NCBI GenBank assembly: GCA_963793265.1
Contig: CAWBZI010000006.1
Coordinates: 512,001 to 576,000, forward strand
Origin: an uncultured cyanobacterium
GTDB lineage: Bacteria > Cyanobacteriota > Cyanobacteriia > Phormidesmidales > Phormidesmidaceae
Direction: 5' to 3'
Length of the DNA stretch: 64,000 bases
The notes beneath the pieces are model-generated. The model ran no database searches, was not told where the DNA came from, and worked only from the letters and a program-made list of their open reading frames with translations. Position 1 is the stretch's first letter, and every line of letters starts with the position of its first letter. Made by a program: the position numbers and the translations under genes. This document shows, piece by piece, positions 10,385 through 19,840 of this stretch.

Positions 10385-11989
10385 GTGCCAAAAACCATCA
10401 CACCCCAGATTGTTCATCCTCACGAAACACATAAGCAGGCGATTGCGCACCACTTCAACCACAGCGCCCCTGATTTAGAACACTGGCACAGCATCAACCG
10501 CTACTACTACCGCGATTTGGCCCGCCTGCACCAGTTCCTCATCCCCGTCGGCAGCCGCGTCTTAGAAATCGGCTGCGGCCTTGGCGACTTGCTCAGCGCC
10601 ACCCACCCCAGCGTCGGCGTCGGCATAGACCTCTCGCCTAGCGTCATCAACATCGCCCAAAAGAACTACCCGCACCTCCGCTTTTACTGCGCTGATGCCG
10701 AACACCTCACGCCCGAAAACATCGGCTACCTCAGCCAGCAAGCTTCAGAATCAGGGCCAGTTGAAGGCCCAGTTGATGAGCCTCACACGTTCGACTACAT
10801 TATTTGCGCCAATGCAGCCAGCTACTTCAGCGACATTCAAACTGTCTTTAGTCGGCTTAAGCCCTTTTGCACGCCGAACACCCGGCTAATCATCAGCTTT
10901 CACAACTACTTGTGGGAGCCGATATTGAAGCTAGGTGAAAAGATTGGGCAGCGCCGCCCGCAGCCGCCGCAAAACTGGCTGTCGATGGATGATGTGGCGA
11001 ACTTACTTTCCATTACGGGCTACATTCCACTTAAGCGCGGGCGTCGGCTGCTAGTGCCGCGCTATGTGCCGGGGATCTCGTATTGGATGAATCGGTATTT
11101 GGCACCGCTGCCGGGGATTAAGCATTTGGGGCTGACGAATTATGTGGTGGCGCGGTTGGATTGTCGGAGCCCTCACCCCGGCCCTCTCCCTGGGGGAGAG
11201 GGAGATAGAGTCCGGATCCCTTTCCGGCCCCCTTCTCCCCTCGGGAGAAGGGCTGGGGATGAGGGCCTTCCGAGCGTCAGCGTAATCATTCCAGCCCGCA
11301 ACGAAGCGGGCAACATTGCTGGTGCCATCGCCCGAATGCCCCAACTCGGCAGCCATACAGAAATCATCTTCGTAGAAGGTCATTCTAGCGATGAGACTTG
11401 GGAGGTAATTAAAAAGACCGAGCGCGACTACCGAGGAGACTTTACGCTGAAGGCGTTTCAGCAAACCGGAAAGGGGAAGGCTGACGCGGTGAGGCTGGGC
11501 TTTGCAGAGGCGACGGGTGATATTTTGATGATTTTGGATGCGGATTTGACGGTGCCGCCGGAGGATTTGCCGCACTTTTTTGAGGCGATCGCAACCCGCC
11601 GGGGCGAATTCATCAACGGCTCTAGACTACTGTATCCACGCAGCAAACAGGCGATGCCCTGGCTCAATACCCTGGCGAACAAAACCTTCGCCCTGATGTT
11701 CTCCTTTTTATTAGAACAACCGCTCAAAGACACGCTTTGCGGCACCAAAGTTCTATGGCGAACAGACTACGAGAGAATTACCGCAGGCCGCAGCTACTTT
11801 GGCGACTTCGATCCGTTTGGCGATTTTGATTTATTGTTCGGCGCAGCTAAGCTGAATTTGCATCTAGTAGAAGTGCCAATTCGCTATCAGCCGCGCACGT
11901 ATGGCAGCTCGAATATCGCACATGTGAGAGAAGGGTTGGTGCTAGTGAAGATGTGCGCGTATGCCGCTGGGAAGCTGAAATTTATTTAA
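10385..11989 (+). CDS. Fusion of SAM methyltransferase-like domain and GT2 (DPM1-like) glycosyltransferase
   Basis: VLEIGCGLG; SVIIPARNE, ILDADL, DTLCGTK. Confidence 0.9.
   Translation: MPKTITPQIVHPHETHKQAIAHHFNHSAPDLEHWHSINRYYYRDLARLHQFLIPVGSRVLEIGCGLGDLLSATHPSVGVGIDLSPSVINIAQKNYPHLRFYCADAEHLTPENIGYLSQQASESGPVEGPVDEPHTFDYIICANAASYFSDIQTVFSRLKPFCTPNTRLIISFHNYLWEPILKLGEKIGQRRPQPPQNWLSMDDVANLLSITGYIPLKRGRRLLVPRYVPGISYWMNRYLAPLPGIKHLGLTNYVVARLDCRSPHPGPLPGGEGDRVRIPFRPPSPLGRRAGDEGLPSVSVIIPARNEAGNIAGAIARMPQLGSHTEIIFVEGHSSDETWEVIKKTERDYRGDFTLKAFQQTGKGKADAVRLGFAEATGDILMILDADLTVPPEDLPHFFEAIATRRGEFINGSRLLYPRSKQAMPWLNTLANKTFALMFSFLLEQPLKDTLCGTKVLWRTDYERITAGRSYFGDFDPFGDFDLLFGAAKLNLHLVEVPIRYQPRTYGSSNIAHVREGLVLVKMCAYAAGKLKFI
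11169..11266. repeat. Palindromic REP/MITE-like element inside the GT2 fusion gene
   Basis: gccctcaccccggccctctccc at the left end and gggagaagggctggggatgagggc at the right end are imperfect inverted repeats, each with its own hairpin. Confidence 0.8.
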
Positions 11990-12040
11990 ACTTCAGGTAA
12001 AAGTAGGTTGTCAAAAGCTTGATTGTTGGAGACTCTTTAA

Positions 12041-13087
12041 GTGGAAAAAGCCAAAAAATCGGAAAATGTTCCCAAGGCAATGCAAGAGAAGTTTGAGCGC
12101 ATTGCGGCGATAACGGACGAATTTTCTCAGCAGCATTTGAATGACGAATACGCGCAGCTCATTCGATACGCGATCGCTGCCCTATGTCGAAAAAGACCTT
12201 CTCCGTTAGATAAGGGCCGCGATCGCACCTGGGCCTGCGGCATCACTCACGCCCTCGGCATGGTCAATTTTCTCTTCGACCCGTCTCAAGTTCCGCACAT
12301 CAGTGCCGGGGATCTATACAAAGCGTTTGGCGTGAGTGCAAGCACAGGACAGGCCAAATCCAAGCAGGTGCGCGACATCTTGAGAATGAGTCAGTTCGAC
12401 CCAAACTGGGGGCTGTCAAACAACGTAGGCCGTAACCCTTTGATCTGGTTACTAGAGGTAGACGGTTTCATCATGGATATGCGCTCAGCGCCCCGAGAGC
12501 TTCAGGAAATCGCTCTCGCTAAAGGGCTCATTCCTTACATTCCAGGTGCTGATGGCGAGCTTGAAGTAGAGGCCGCTGCCAGCGAAGAAGTAACTACCGA
12601 AAAGACAGCCACAGCCGGTTCTCCAAAAGCTCTCTACATTCTAGAAGTCAATCTTCTAGCTGGGCCAGTAACGGACGAATTTATCGAAGAAAATCCGGTC
12701 ATCTGTCGCACTATAGAAATTAAGGGCAGTCATACGCTTGCAGATCTCCACGACGCTATTTTTGAGGCTTACGGTCGCGAAGAAGAGCACCTTTACGAAT
12801 TTCAAATTGGCGGTAGTCGGCCAAATGATCCCAAAGCGAGGCGATATGGCCCCAAGCTACCGCTTGATACTTCGGATGAGGTGTCGTGGCTAGATGCGGC
12901 TGAAGCTGCGCTATCGTCCTTGGGCCTAGCGAAAGATTCTATCTTGGGCTACAGATTTGATTTTGGGGATGACTGGTGGCATCAGATAAACGTGCTGGAG
13001 GTAAAAGACAAAGCGCCTAAAGGAAAGTACCCCAAGGTGACGGAGCGTACAGGTGAAAGCCCACCGCAGTATGCAGAATTTGACTAA
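12041..13087 (+). CDS. DUF6398-like N-terminal domain fused to plasmid pRiA4b ORF-3 family domain
   Basis: LCRKRPSPL...NFLFDPSQ; TLADLHDAI...HLYEF...YRFDFGDDWWH. Confidence 0.8.
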   Translation: MEKAKKSENVPKAMQEKFERIAAITDEFSQQHLNDEYAQLIRYAIAALCRKRPSPLDKGRDRTWACGITHALGMVNFLFDPSQVPHISAGDLYKAFGVSASTGQAKSKQVRDILRMSQFDPNWGLSNNVGRNPLIWLLEVDGFIMDMRSAPRELQEIALAKGLIPYIPGADGELEVEAAASEEVTTEKTATAGSPKALYILEVNLLAGPVTDEFIEENPVICRTIEIKGSHTLADLHDAIFEAYGREEEHLYEFQIGGSRPNDPKARRYGPKLPLDTSDEVSWLDAAEAALSSLGLAKDSILGYRFDFGDDWWHQINVLEVKDKAPKGKYPKVTERTGESPPQYAEFD

Positions 13088-13431
13088 CGACAGCCTGCCG
13101 CCCTTTGCCTGCGTCAGCATCTCGTAACAATTTGATGCTTGATTCTACGTAGAAATGCGCCTATCATCAGTGCTAAGGCTTTAGTGCAGGTTGTACGACC
13201 TCATCGCTGCCTTCTCAGAACTCATATATCTTAAGGCACCGTCGATAGGTGTAACAGCACTTATCGACGGCTACACCCAGGATTCCAAAGCAATCCCAGG
13301 TGCTAAGGGTAAAGATAACCCTTAGCCACCCCAATTTGCACGTCATCTTCGGATGTCATTTCTGCGGTCGGCTGAGGATTCGAGAGTTCTGGGTTTCCTT
13401 TACACCAATAAAACGGAACCCCAGAATCACT

Positions 13432-13671
13432 ATGTTTACCCTTGTCCCTCAGGTCGCTTTTGCGTCCACCCTCCCACCTGCCAAGCGCCCGGTTGCAAAA
13501 GCCGAGCCCGTTCGCCATACGCTGCAAGGCAGTCTTGGCGCGATACGTGCGACTATCAAGCTGCTGCACAAGCTCAACTACGCAGAGCCGAATGATTGGA
13601 GTACGCCGCAGCCGACCGGGCGTGATAATGAAGTCATTGTCGTTTTGAAGAAGCGAGTACAGGTGAGCTAG
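13432..13671 (+). CDS. Small cyanobacterial hypothetical protein
   Basis: GSLGAIRATIKLLHKLNYAEPNDWS...NEV resembles a multicopy cyanobacterial small-protein family as I recall it; ATG at 13432. Confidence 0.6.
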   Translation: MFTLVPQVAFASTLPPAKRPVAKAEPVRHTLQGSLGAIRATIKLLHKLNYAEPNDWSTPQPTGRDNEVIVVLKKRVQVS

Positions 13672-13674
13672 CTT

Positions 13675-16600
13675 TTATCTGCTGAGCGATTGCGCCTGAT
13701 TCTTCTTGTAGTTCTCTGCCTGTTCGAGCACTTCTTTATACACCTCGTCGTGCGTGACGGGTGGGTAGCCGTACTCGTCTAGCAGCATAATCAGCCCTAC
13801 TTGCAAATCGGCTTTAATGTCTGCGCGATCGCTCCAGTCAGTATATCTAGCCTTATCTTCTACCACGCCCTTTACAGCTTTCGCCAGCGCGATCATTTTG
13901 TCGTCAGGATAGCGAAAGTCGTATTTGGCAGTGAGCGATTTGAGAATGTCGTAAAAGGCTTTTTCTTCAAAGTCAATGCCTAGCGTGGTAAAGGAGTTTT
14001 TCTCGGTTTTAAGTTCGTCAATTAGCTCAATAATTTCGTTGGAGAAGTCTTCAAGCACGCTGCCGACGAGTATGTTGTCTTCGTCGCGTTCGTTGTAGCG
14101 TTCGACCAGAGCCTGAAATTTTTTAGAAAAATCTACGCCCTTGGCTTTGTTGACCTTCTTAAATTCAGCGATCGCCTTTGCCAACATCTGTTGCAACAGC
14201 TTTATTTTCGTATTTGGAAACTTGATCTTCTCAATTTTCGCCAAATAGTCATCATCAAAAATATCAACTTCTGGCCCTTCGCCCAGTTGAAAAATCTCTT
14301 CTACCCCATCGCTAGCCAGCGCCTCTTTAATCATCTCTCGCACCCGCAAATTCATTTGCGCGGTGTCGGGCGCGTTGCCTTTGGTGAGCTTAAAAATGAT
14401 GGAGCGAACGGCGAGATAAAAGTGAATATAATCTTTGTCAGCCTCAGAGAGTGCTTCGCTGCCGCAGCAGATATCGTAGGCGGCTTTTAATCGCTTTACG
14501 AGCTGCATAAAGCGGCTTTCTAGCTGATGGGTGGCCTGCACAAATTCGGCGGCTTCGTTGAGGCACTGTAGCTGCTGTAGCGGGGTGCCGCTGAAGTAGG
14601 GGGCTGTGTTGAAGGGGTGAAAGATGTTACCGAGCAGGTGGAGGTGGTCGGTGACGGCATCAAGTGATTTGTGAATGCCTTCGATATTTTGGCTGTCGGC
14701 TTTGCTGTAGTGGGCCAGCGCCAGGTTCATTTGTTTTTTGATGCCGATGTAATCGACGATGAGGCCCTTGTCTTTGGTTTTGTACTTACGGTTTACGCGC
14801 GAGATGGTTTGGATGAGGTTGTGGCGGGCGATGGGTTTGTCGAGATAGAGGGTGTCTAAAAAGGGCACGTCGAAGCCGGTGAGCCACATGTCTACAACGA
14901 TGGCAATTTTGAAGTTGGACAGGCTGTTTTTGAACTGGCGATCGCGTTCTTTTCGAGCTTCTTTGCTGCCGAGTAGGGCGTAGAGGTCTTCATCGTCGTC
15001 TTTACTGCGGGTCATGACCAGGTTCAGCTTGGCCATCGGCTTAATCTCTTTTTGCGCTGGGTCGGTGAGCGGGGCGTTTTCTTCGCAGGCTTTTACCTCG
15101 GCCCACTCAGGGCGCAGGGCAACGATGGCCTGGTAGAGCTGGTAGGCGACGGTGCGATCGCTGCACACAAACAGGGCTTTTCCCTTTTGGGTAGCGCCTT
15201 CGGCAACGCGGTTTTCGTAGTGGGTCACAAAGTCTTGAGCGATCACGCGGATGCGGTCGGGATCGCCTAAGATTGCGCCCATTTTAGCGGTGGCGCGTTT
15301 GCTTTCGTCTATTTGGTAGTCGCTGGCTCCGGCGGCGGCGCTTTGCTGGTAGTAGGCTTCAATCGCTTGCAGCTTGCTGTTGTCGAGGATGACTTTAGCG
15401 GCGCGGCCTTCGTACACGATGCGGACGGTGATTTCGTCTTGGACGCTTTCGGTCATGGTGTAGCTGTCTATGACGGGGCCGAATACGTCGAGGGTGGCGT
15501 CTACTGGGGTGCCAGTGAAGCCAACGTAGGTGGCGTTGGGGAGTGAGTCGTGGAGGTATTTGGCGAAGCCGTAGGTGCGTTTGACGGTGGTTTCGGTGAG
15601 CTGGACTTTTTGCTTGAGGTTGATTTGGCTGCGGTGGGCTTCATCGGAGATGCAGATGATGTTGGTGCGATCGGAGAGCAGTTCGGTGTCTTCAGTGAAT
15701 TTGTGAATGGTGGTGAGGAAGACGCCGCCGCTGGTGCGATCTTTCAGCCGGGTGCGGAGGTCGTCGCGGCTTTCTACGCTGATGACGGTGCTGTCGCCAA
15801 TGTAGGTTTTGGCGTTGGTGAACTGGGTCGATAGCTGGTCGTCTAGGTCGGTGCGATCGCTGATCAATACAATCGTGGGGCTCTCGAAGTCTACGCTTTT
15901 CATCAGCAGGCGGGTGAGAAAAAGCATGGTGTAGCTTTTGCCGCAGCCGGTGGCCCCGAAGTAGGTGCCGCCTTTGCCATCTCCTTTCGTATCAGAGATA
16001 ATATTGCCCTGACTGTCAAAGCGTTTGCGGTGCTGCCAAATGTTCTCGTATAGCTTGGTGGCGGCGTAGTACTGGGGATAGCGGCAAACGATTTTTTCGG
16101 CTTTGTGTGATTTGTCAGGGAGGTAGATGAAGTGGCGGATGACTTCTCGGAGGCGATCGCGATCAAACAGTCCCTTAATGAGGGTAAACAGTGAGTCGAT
16201 GCCGTCTTTTTCTACCGATTCGTGGCCGGTGATTTTGCGCCAGGCGTAGAAGAATTCGTAGGGGGCAAAAAAGGAGCCCATTTTGTTGTTGATGCCGTCG
16301 CTGATGATGCAGAAGGCGTTGTATTTAAACAGTTCGGGGATGTCTCTTTGGTAGCGGGTGGTGAGCTGAGTGTAGGCGCTGTGAACGGTGGCTTCTGGGC
16401 GGATGGCGCTTTTGAACTCGAAGACGACTAGCGGCAGGCCGTTGATGTAAAAGATGCCGTCAGGGATGCGGTCTTCTTGGCCTTGGATGGTGAGCTGGGT
16501 GACAAATTTGTAGCGGTTGGCGCTGGTGGGGTAGGTGCCGGGGCGATCGCCTACGCTAATCAGGGTTTCTTTGGCGGGAATTCGCATTTCAGCGAGCCCC

Positions 16601-16935
16601 TGGTAGTCAATAAGCTGAACGTAAAGGTCTTTTTGGCTGCGGTCTTCGCGCTTGAGCAAAAAGCCGTCAGACACCATTTTCATGATGGCTTTGTTACTGT
16701 CGTAAAGGTCGGCGGTGGGTAGCTGCTGTAGCTGGCGGATGATGCTGTTAATTTCGCCGTTAGTGATGTGGTCGGTGGCGTATTGGGCTTTGAGGTATTG
16801 GCGCAGGTCGGCTTGGATTAAGACTTCGTGGGGGGCGCGGCTGAGGGTGTTGCCGAGCACGTGGGGGTAGCCCTGCTGGCTGAGCAGTTCGGTGATGGCG
16901 AGTTCTAGTTTTTCCTCGGTAAATTTGAGGGTCAT
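13675..16935 (-). CDS. hsdR: Type I restriction endonuclease subunit R
   Basis: PDG...VFEFK nuclease motif, GATGCGKS, DEAHR, GFTGTP, MWLTGFD. Confidence 0.95.
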   Translation of the reverse strand: MTLKFTEEKLELAITELLSQQGYPHVLGNTLSRAPHEVLIQADLRQYLKAQYATDHITNGEINSIIRQLQQLPTADLYDSNKAIMKMVSDGFLLKREDRSQKDLYVQLIDYQGLAEMRIPAKETLISVGDRPGTYPTSANRYKFVTQLTIQGQEDRIPDGIFYINGLPLVVFEFKSAIRPEATVHSAYTQLTTRYQRDIPELFKYNAFCIISDGINNKMGSFFAPYEFFYAWRKITGHESVEKDGIDSLFTLIKGLFDRDRLREVIRHFIYLPDKSHKAEKIVCRYPQYYAATKLYENIWQHRKRFDSQGNIISDTKGDGKGGTYFGATGCGKSYTMLFLTRLLMKSVDFESPTIVLISDRTDLDDQLSTQFTNAKTYIGDSTVISVESRDDLRTRLKDRTSGGVFLTTIHKFTEDTELLSDRTNIICISDEAHRSQINLKQKVQLTETTVKRTYGFAKYLHDSLPNATYVGFTGTPVDATLDVFGPVIDSYTMTESVQDEITVRIVYEGRAAKVILDNSKLQAIEAYYQQSAAAGASDYQIDESKRATAKMGAILGDPDRIRVIAQDFVTHYENRVAEGATQKGKALFVCSDRTVAYQLYQAIVALRPEWAEVKACEENAPLTDPAQKEIKPMAKLNLVMTRSKDDDEDLYALLGSKEARKERDRQFKNSLSNFKIAIVVDMWLTGFDVPFLDTLYLDKPIARHNLIQTISRVNRKYKTKDKGLIVDYIGIKKQMNLALAHYSKADSQNIEGIHKSLDAVTDHLHLLGNIFHPFNTAPYFSGTPLQQLQCLNEAAEFVQATHQLESRFMQLVKRLKAAYDICCGSEALSEADKDYIHFYLAVRSIIFKLTKGNAPDTAQMNLRVREMIKEALASDGVEEIFQLGEGPEVDIFDDDYLAKIEKIKFPNTKIKLLQQMLAKAIAEFKKVNKAKGVDFSKKFQALVERYNERDEDNILVGSVLEDFSNEIIELIDELKTEKNSFTTLGIDFEEKAFYDILKSLTAKYDFRYPDDKMIALAKAVKGVVEDKARYTDWSDRADIKADLQVGLIMLLDEYGYPPVTHDEVYKEVLEQAENYKKNQAQSLSR

Positions 16936-17057
16936 CTTATGTGTCGTTCTGTTTTTATACTCGGTGTAAGCCTTGTAATTTCAGGCTTCTAGGGGTGATG
17001 GTAGCGCTTTTGGGAGGGCTTCATCAGGAGTTTAAACAGGGGTGGTGAAAGTAGGAT

Positions 17058-18436
17058 TTATGTGAATTTGGCTACTAGCTTTTCGGCATCGGGGATGCGG
17101 AGTTCGCCGGAGAGGAGTTTGGAGAGGAGGGTATCGCGGAGCGAAGCTAAAGATTGTGATTCTTTGATATTGCTACCTGCTTTTTGAATCCACGGCTTAG
17201 CGTGAAAATCAAACGCATTAACCATGGGCACATCAGCCCCAATGACCATAAACTCTTCTAAAGTTGAACGGTTCCAATTAGGGAAAGTTGATCCAGTAGC
17301 CATTTTAAGGAGGTCGTTTTTGTGGTGCTTGAACGTGTACTCAGCAAGTGCTTGGGAGCCTTTTCCTCTTACGGCACATACTCCTCTTCCGAGACAATAT
17401 TCACCATCACTTATTACGTATCTACCAGTTGTAGAACCACGTACACAAACAATTAGATCACCAAGTTTTGCGACTTTTGTAGGGGATGTAGTCCACTTGG
17501 ACTTTTGCGTAAAGTAAGAACCGAACTCGACTGGCCCATTTACTAAAGGCATACCGTGCCCGTCACTATTGTACGTATCTCCTTTTGGTGACTGGCCCAT
17601 AATTACTGTAGCGATCTCTTGAAACTTAGATGCTCTCCATCCCTGCGGAATCCAGCCTATTTCATCTGTAGAAAGGAATCGGTCAGGGAACTGTTGCCCA
17701 GCAGTGTTTAGTGAAGACTTACGATTACGCTCTATCTCTCTTCTAACTTTGGCCCTAGCCTTTAACGCATCAGGAATCTTATTACCAGCAGACAAGGCAT
17801 TATCAATCACCGGATCGAAGTCTACAAACCAACTTTTGAATAACGCTTGGGCCATGCCTTCTAGCGTTTCGTTCATTTGGCGGTTGAGTTCGATTTTGTC
17901 GTCTAGGGTGCCGAGGATGTGTGCGATCACTTCTTGCTATAGGGGTCGAAGGTAGTCTTAATTCAAAATGCAGTTTTGAGAGAAGTAAGCGGTTGACCTA
18001 TGCCTGGCGTTCCTACTTGAGAAGCGTTTTTTAGTAATTCTATAAACCGAGAGGACTCTTGAAAACGTAACACAAAAACTTGGGTACAGCCTTTGTTAGC
18101 TATCAACAAGAAACGTTGCATACAGCAAGGTAAATCACATGTGCTTATGCTGCCAGATTTAATTCCAACTTCTCCAATAGAACCTCGATGTGGAAAGACA
18201 TGATCGTCTCTAAATACGTTACTAGAACCAAGAGTATCTGCTTTCTCATTCACTGATGTAAACAATTCTCCACTGAAACTAGATCCATCATTTATGTTTG
18301 TACCTCTTATGACTGGAATGCCCTCGTTGACATAACAGTCGCTTTTCATGCGCGACCCAAAAGGCCCAATAGCTATAGATCCTTTCTTATTTTCTTGTAT
18401 GCTCTCAATAGTTACTAGCGACCATTCAGGTTTCAC
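17058..18436 (-). pseudogene. hsdS: Type I R-M specificity subunit, frameshifted in TRD1 and the central region
   Basis: GPFGS...PVIRGTNI in one frame; IAHILGTLDDKIELNRQMNETLE...LFKSWFVDF and LRDTLLSKLLSGELR in another; several indels near 17930-18150. Confidence 0.85.
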
Positions 18437-18592
18437 AGCTTATTCCAAAGATCTCATGTATTACAGAAAGTCGTGATACAGAGAGATTAGACTACCATCC
18501 TCTCACTTCGTCATGACTAGTAATCGCCCCGTGTACTACTTGCGAGACAGCCAGTAGCGACATAGGTTGCCTTGGTTCATCTGCGTAGCAGC

Positions 18593-18877
18593 CTATTTCG
18601 TAAATATATCTACAGCATCTCCTCGCGCATTCTGAAATTCACCTTGATCAGGACGCTCTATAGGCGCATCCTTACTACAGCCATACAAATCAAAGAATCC
18701 CTCCGGCCAGCCATTCTCTCTCGCCAGTTCTTCATTGATATTCAACTTCTCTTGAATCATCAGCTCCTTTTGCAAAAGTTTCTCGACACACTTCGATGCC
18801 GATAAATTCAGATCATCAGCTTTCTGCTGTAGCCGAGCAGCTGTCTCTGCCGAAATATTTACCTGTAGTTGAGCCAT
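18593..18877 (-). CDS. Antitoxin-like protein, paralog of 19324-19617, probably +1 frameshifted at the C-terminus
   Basis: Shares MxQL... and ENGWPEGxFDLxGxxKDxPIERPDQ with the upstream antitoxin. Confidence 0.7.
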   Translation of the reverse strand: MAQLQVNISAETAARLQQKADDLNLSASKCVEKLLQKELMIQEKLNINEELARENGWPEGFFDLYGCSKDAPIERPDQGEFQNARGDAVDIFTK

Positions 18878-18924
18878 AAACACTCCGCCCTTTAGAAGTA
18901 CATTTCTTTATCATAAATAGCGAT

Positions 18925-19323
18925 CTACTCCTGCCAATCCTCCAACTGCAAATTCGCAACGCGACTGAATTCCCTCGTATTGTTTGTCACTAAAACCGCA
19001 TCATGAACGAGAGCAATTGATGCAATCAAAAAATCGTTAGGGCCAATCACATTTCCCTGACGACTCAACTCGCTCCGAACCAAAGAATACTCCTCGGCGC
19101 AGTCATCATCAAAAGGCAAGCTTTTCAAAGGCTCTAGAAATTTCTTGTAAAGTAGTAAATTCTTTTCAACCCGCCGACTGTGCCGCGCTCCGTACAGCAG
19201 TTCCGCTCTTACGATGCTGCATATAGCAACCTCTTTAGCCGGTTGCTTTCTGAAACGTTTAGAAACATTTGCAGAGGTTCCATTAATAAGCTGGATGCAG
19301 ACATTTGAATCTAATAGAAACAT
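18925..19323 (-). CDS. vapC: VapC PIN-domain toxin
   Basis: LLDSNVCI, AELLYG, GPNDFLIASIAL, LVTNNTREFSRV. Confidence 0.93.
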   Translation of the reverse strand: MFLLDSNVCIQLINGTSANVSKRFRKQPAKEVAICSIVRAELLYGARHSRRVEKNLLLYKKFLEPLKSLPFDDDCAEEYSLVRSELSRQGNVIGPNDFLIASIALVHDAVLVTNNTREFSRVANLQLEDWQE

Positions 19324-19617
19324 CTACAGCACTATCTCTTTCAATGGATGTTCCCATTGGTCAGGGCGCTCTATAGGATCGTCCTTGCCGCTCCCTAGTA
19401 AATCGAAATAGCCCTCCGGCCAGCCGTTCTCTTTCTCTAGCTCCCTATCTGTCTTTTCTCTATCTAACTCGGCCTTATCCGCTCCTACCTTTTCTGTCTT
19501 TTTGTCTTGCAGAATCAGCCTAGCAACATACTTAGACACCGATAGATTCATCGCCTCCGCCTTTCGCTGCACCCAAGCAGCCGTCTCATCGGAAACATCA
19601 CACCGTAGCTGAGTCAT
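19324..19617 (-). CDS. VapB-like antitoxin (RHH-like N-terminus)
   Basis: Stop abuts the vapC start (CTG TAG ATG); SVSKYVARLI; acidic C-terminus. Confidence 0.75.
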   Translation of the reverse strand: MTQLRCDVSDETAAWVQRKAEAMNLSVSKYVARLILQDKKTEKVGADKAELDREKTDRELEKENGWPEGYFDLLGSGKDDPIERPDQWEHPLKEIVL

Positions 19618-19840
19618 AAATGCCTCTCCCACTCACTCAAATTATCTACATTCTAGTACGCCTTATTACTTCTCAATCAACATCGCTCTAATCCTCATCC
19701 GTACATAAATAGAGAAATTTGTGCAATGACGCCTTGCACAATTAACTTTCTAGACCATGCTCTAACAAATACCCGCAGATACCTCATGCGAGTACGCTCC
19801 TTCAAGTCGCCAAGAAGAACCTGATAAGCCGCAGAAATCA

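Noticed and set aside
14191..16722. Many plus-strand ORFs opposite hsdR
   Set aside because: Antisense shadows favoured by skewed composition; no motifs
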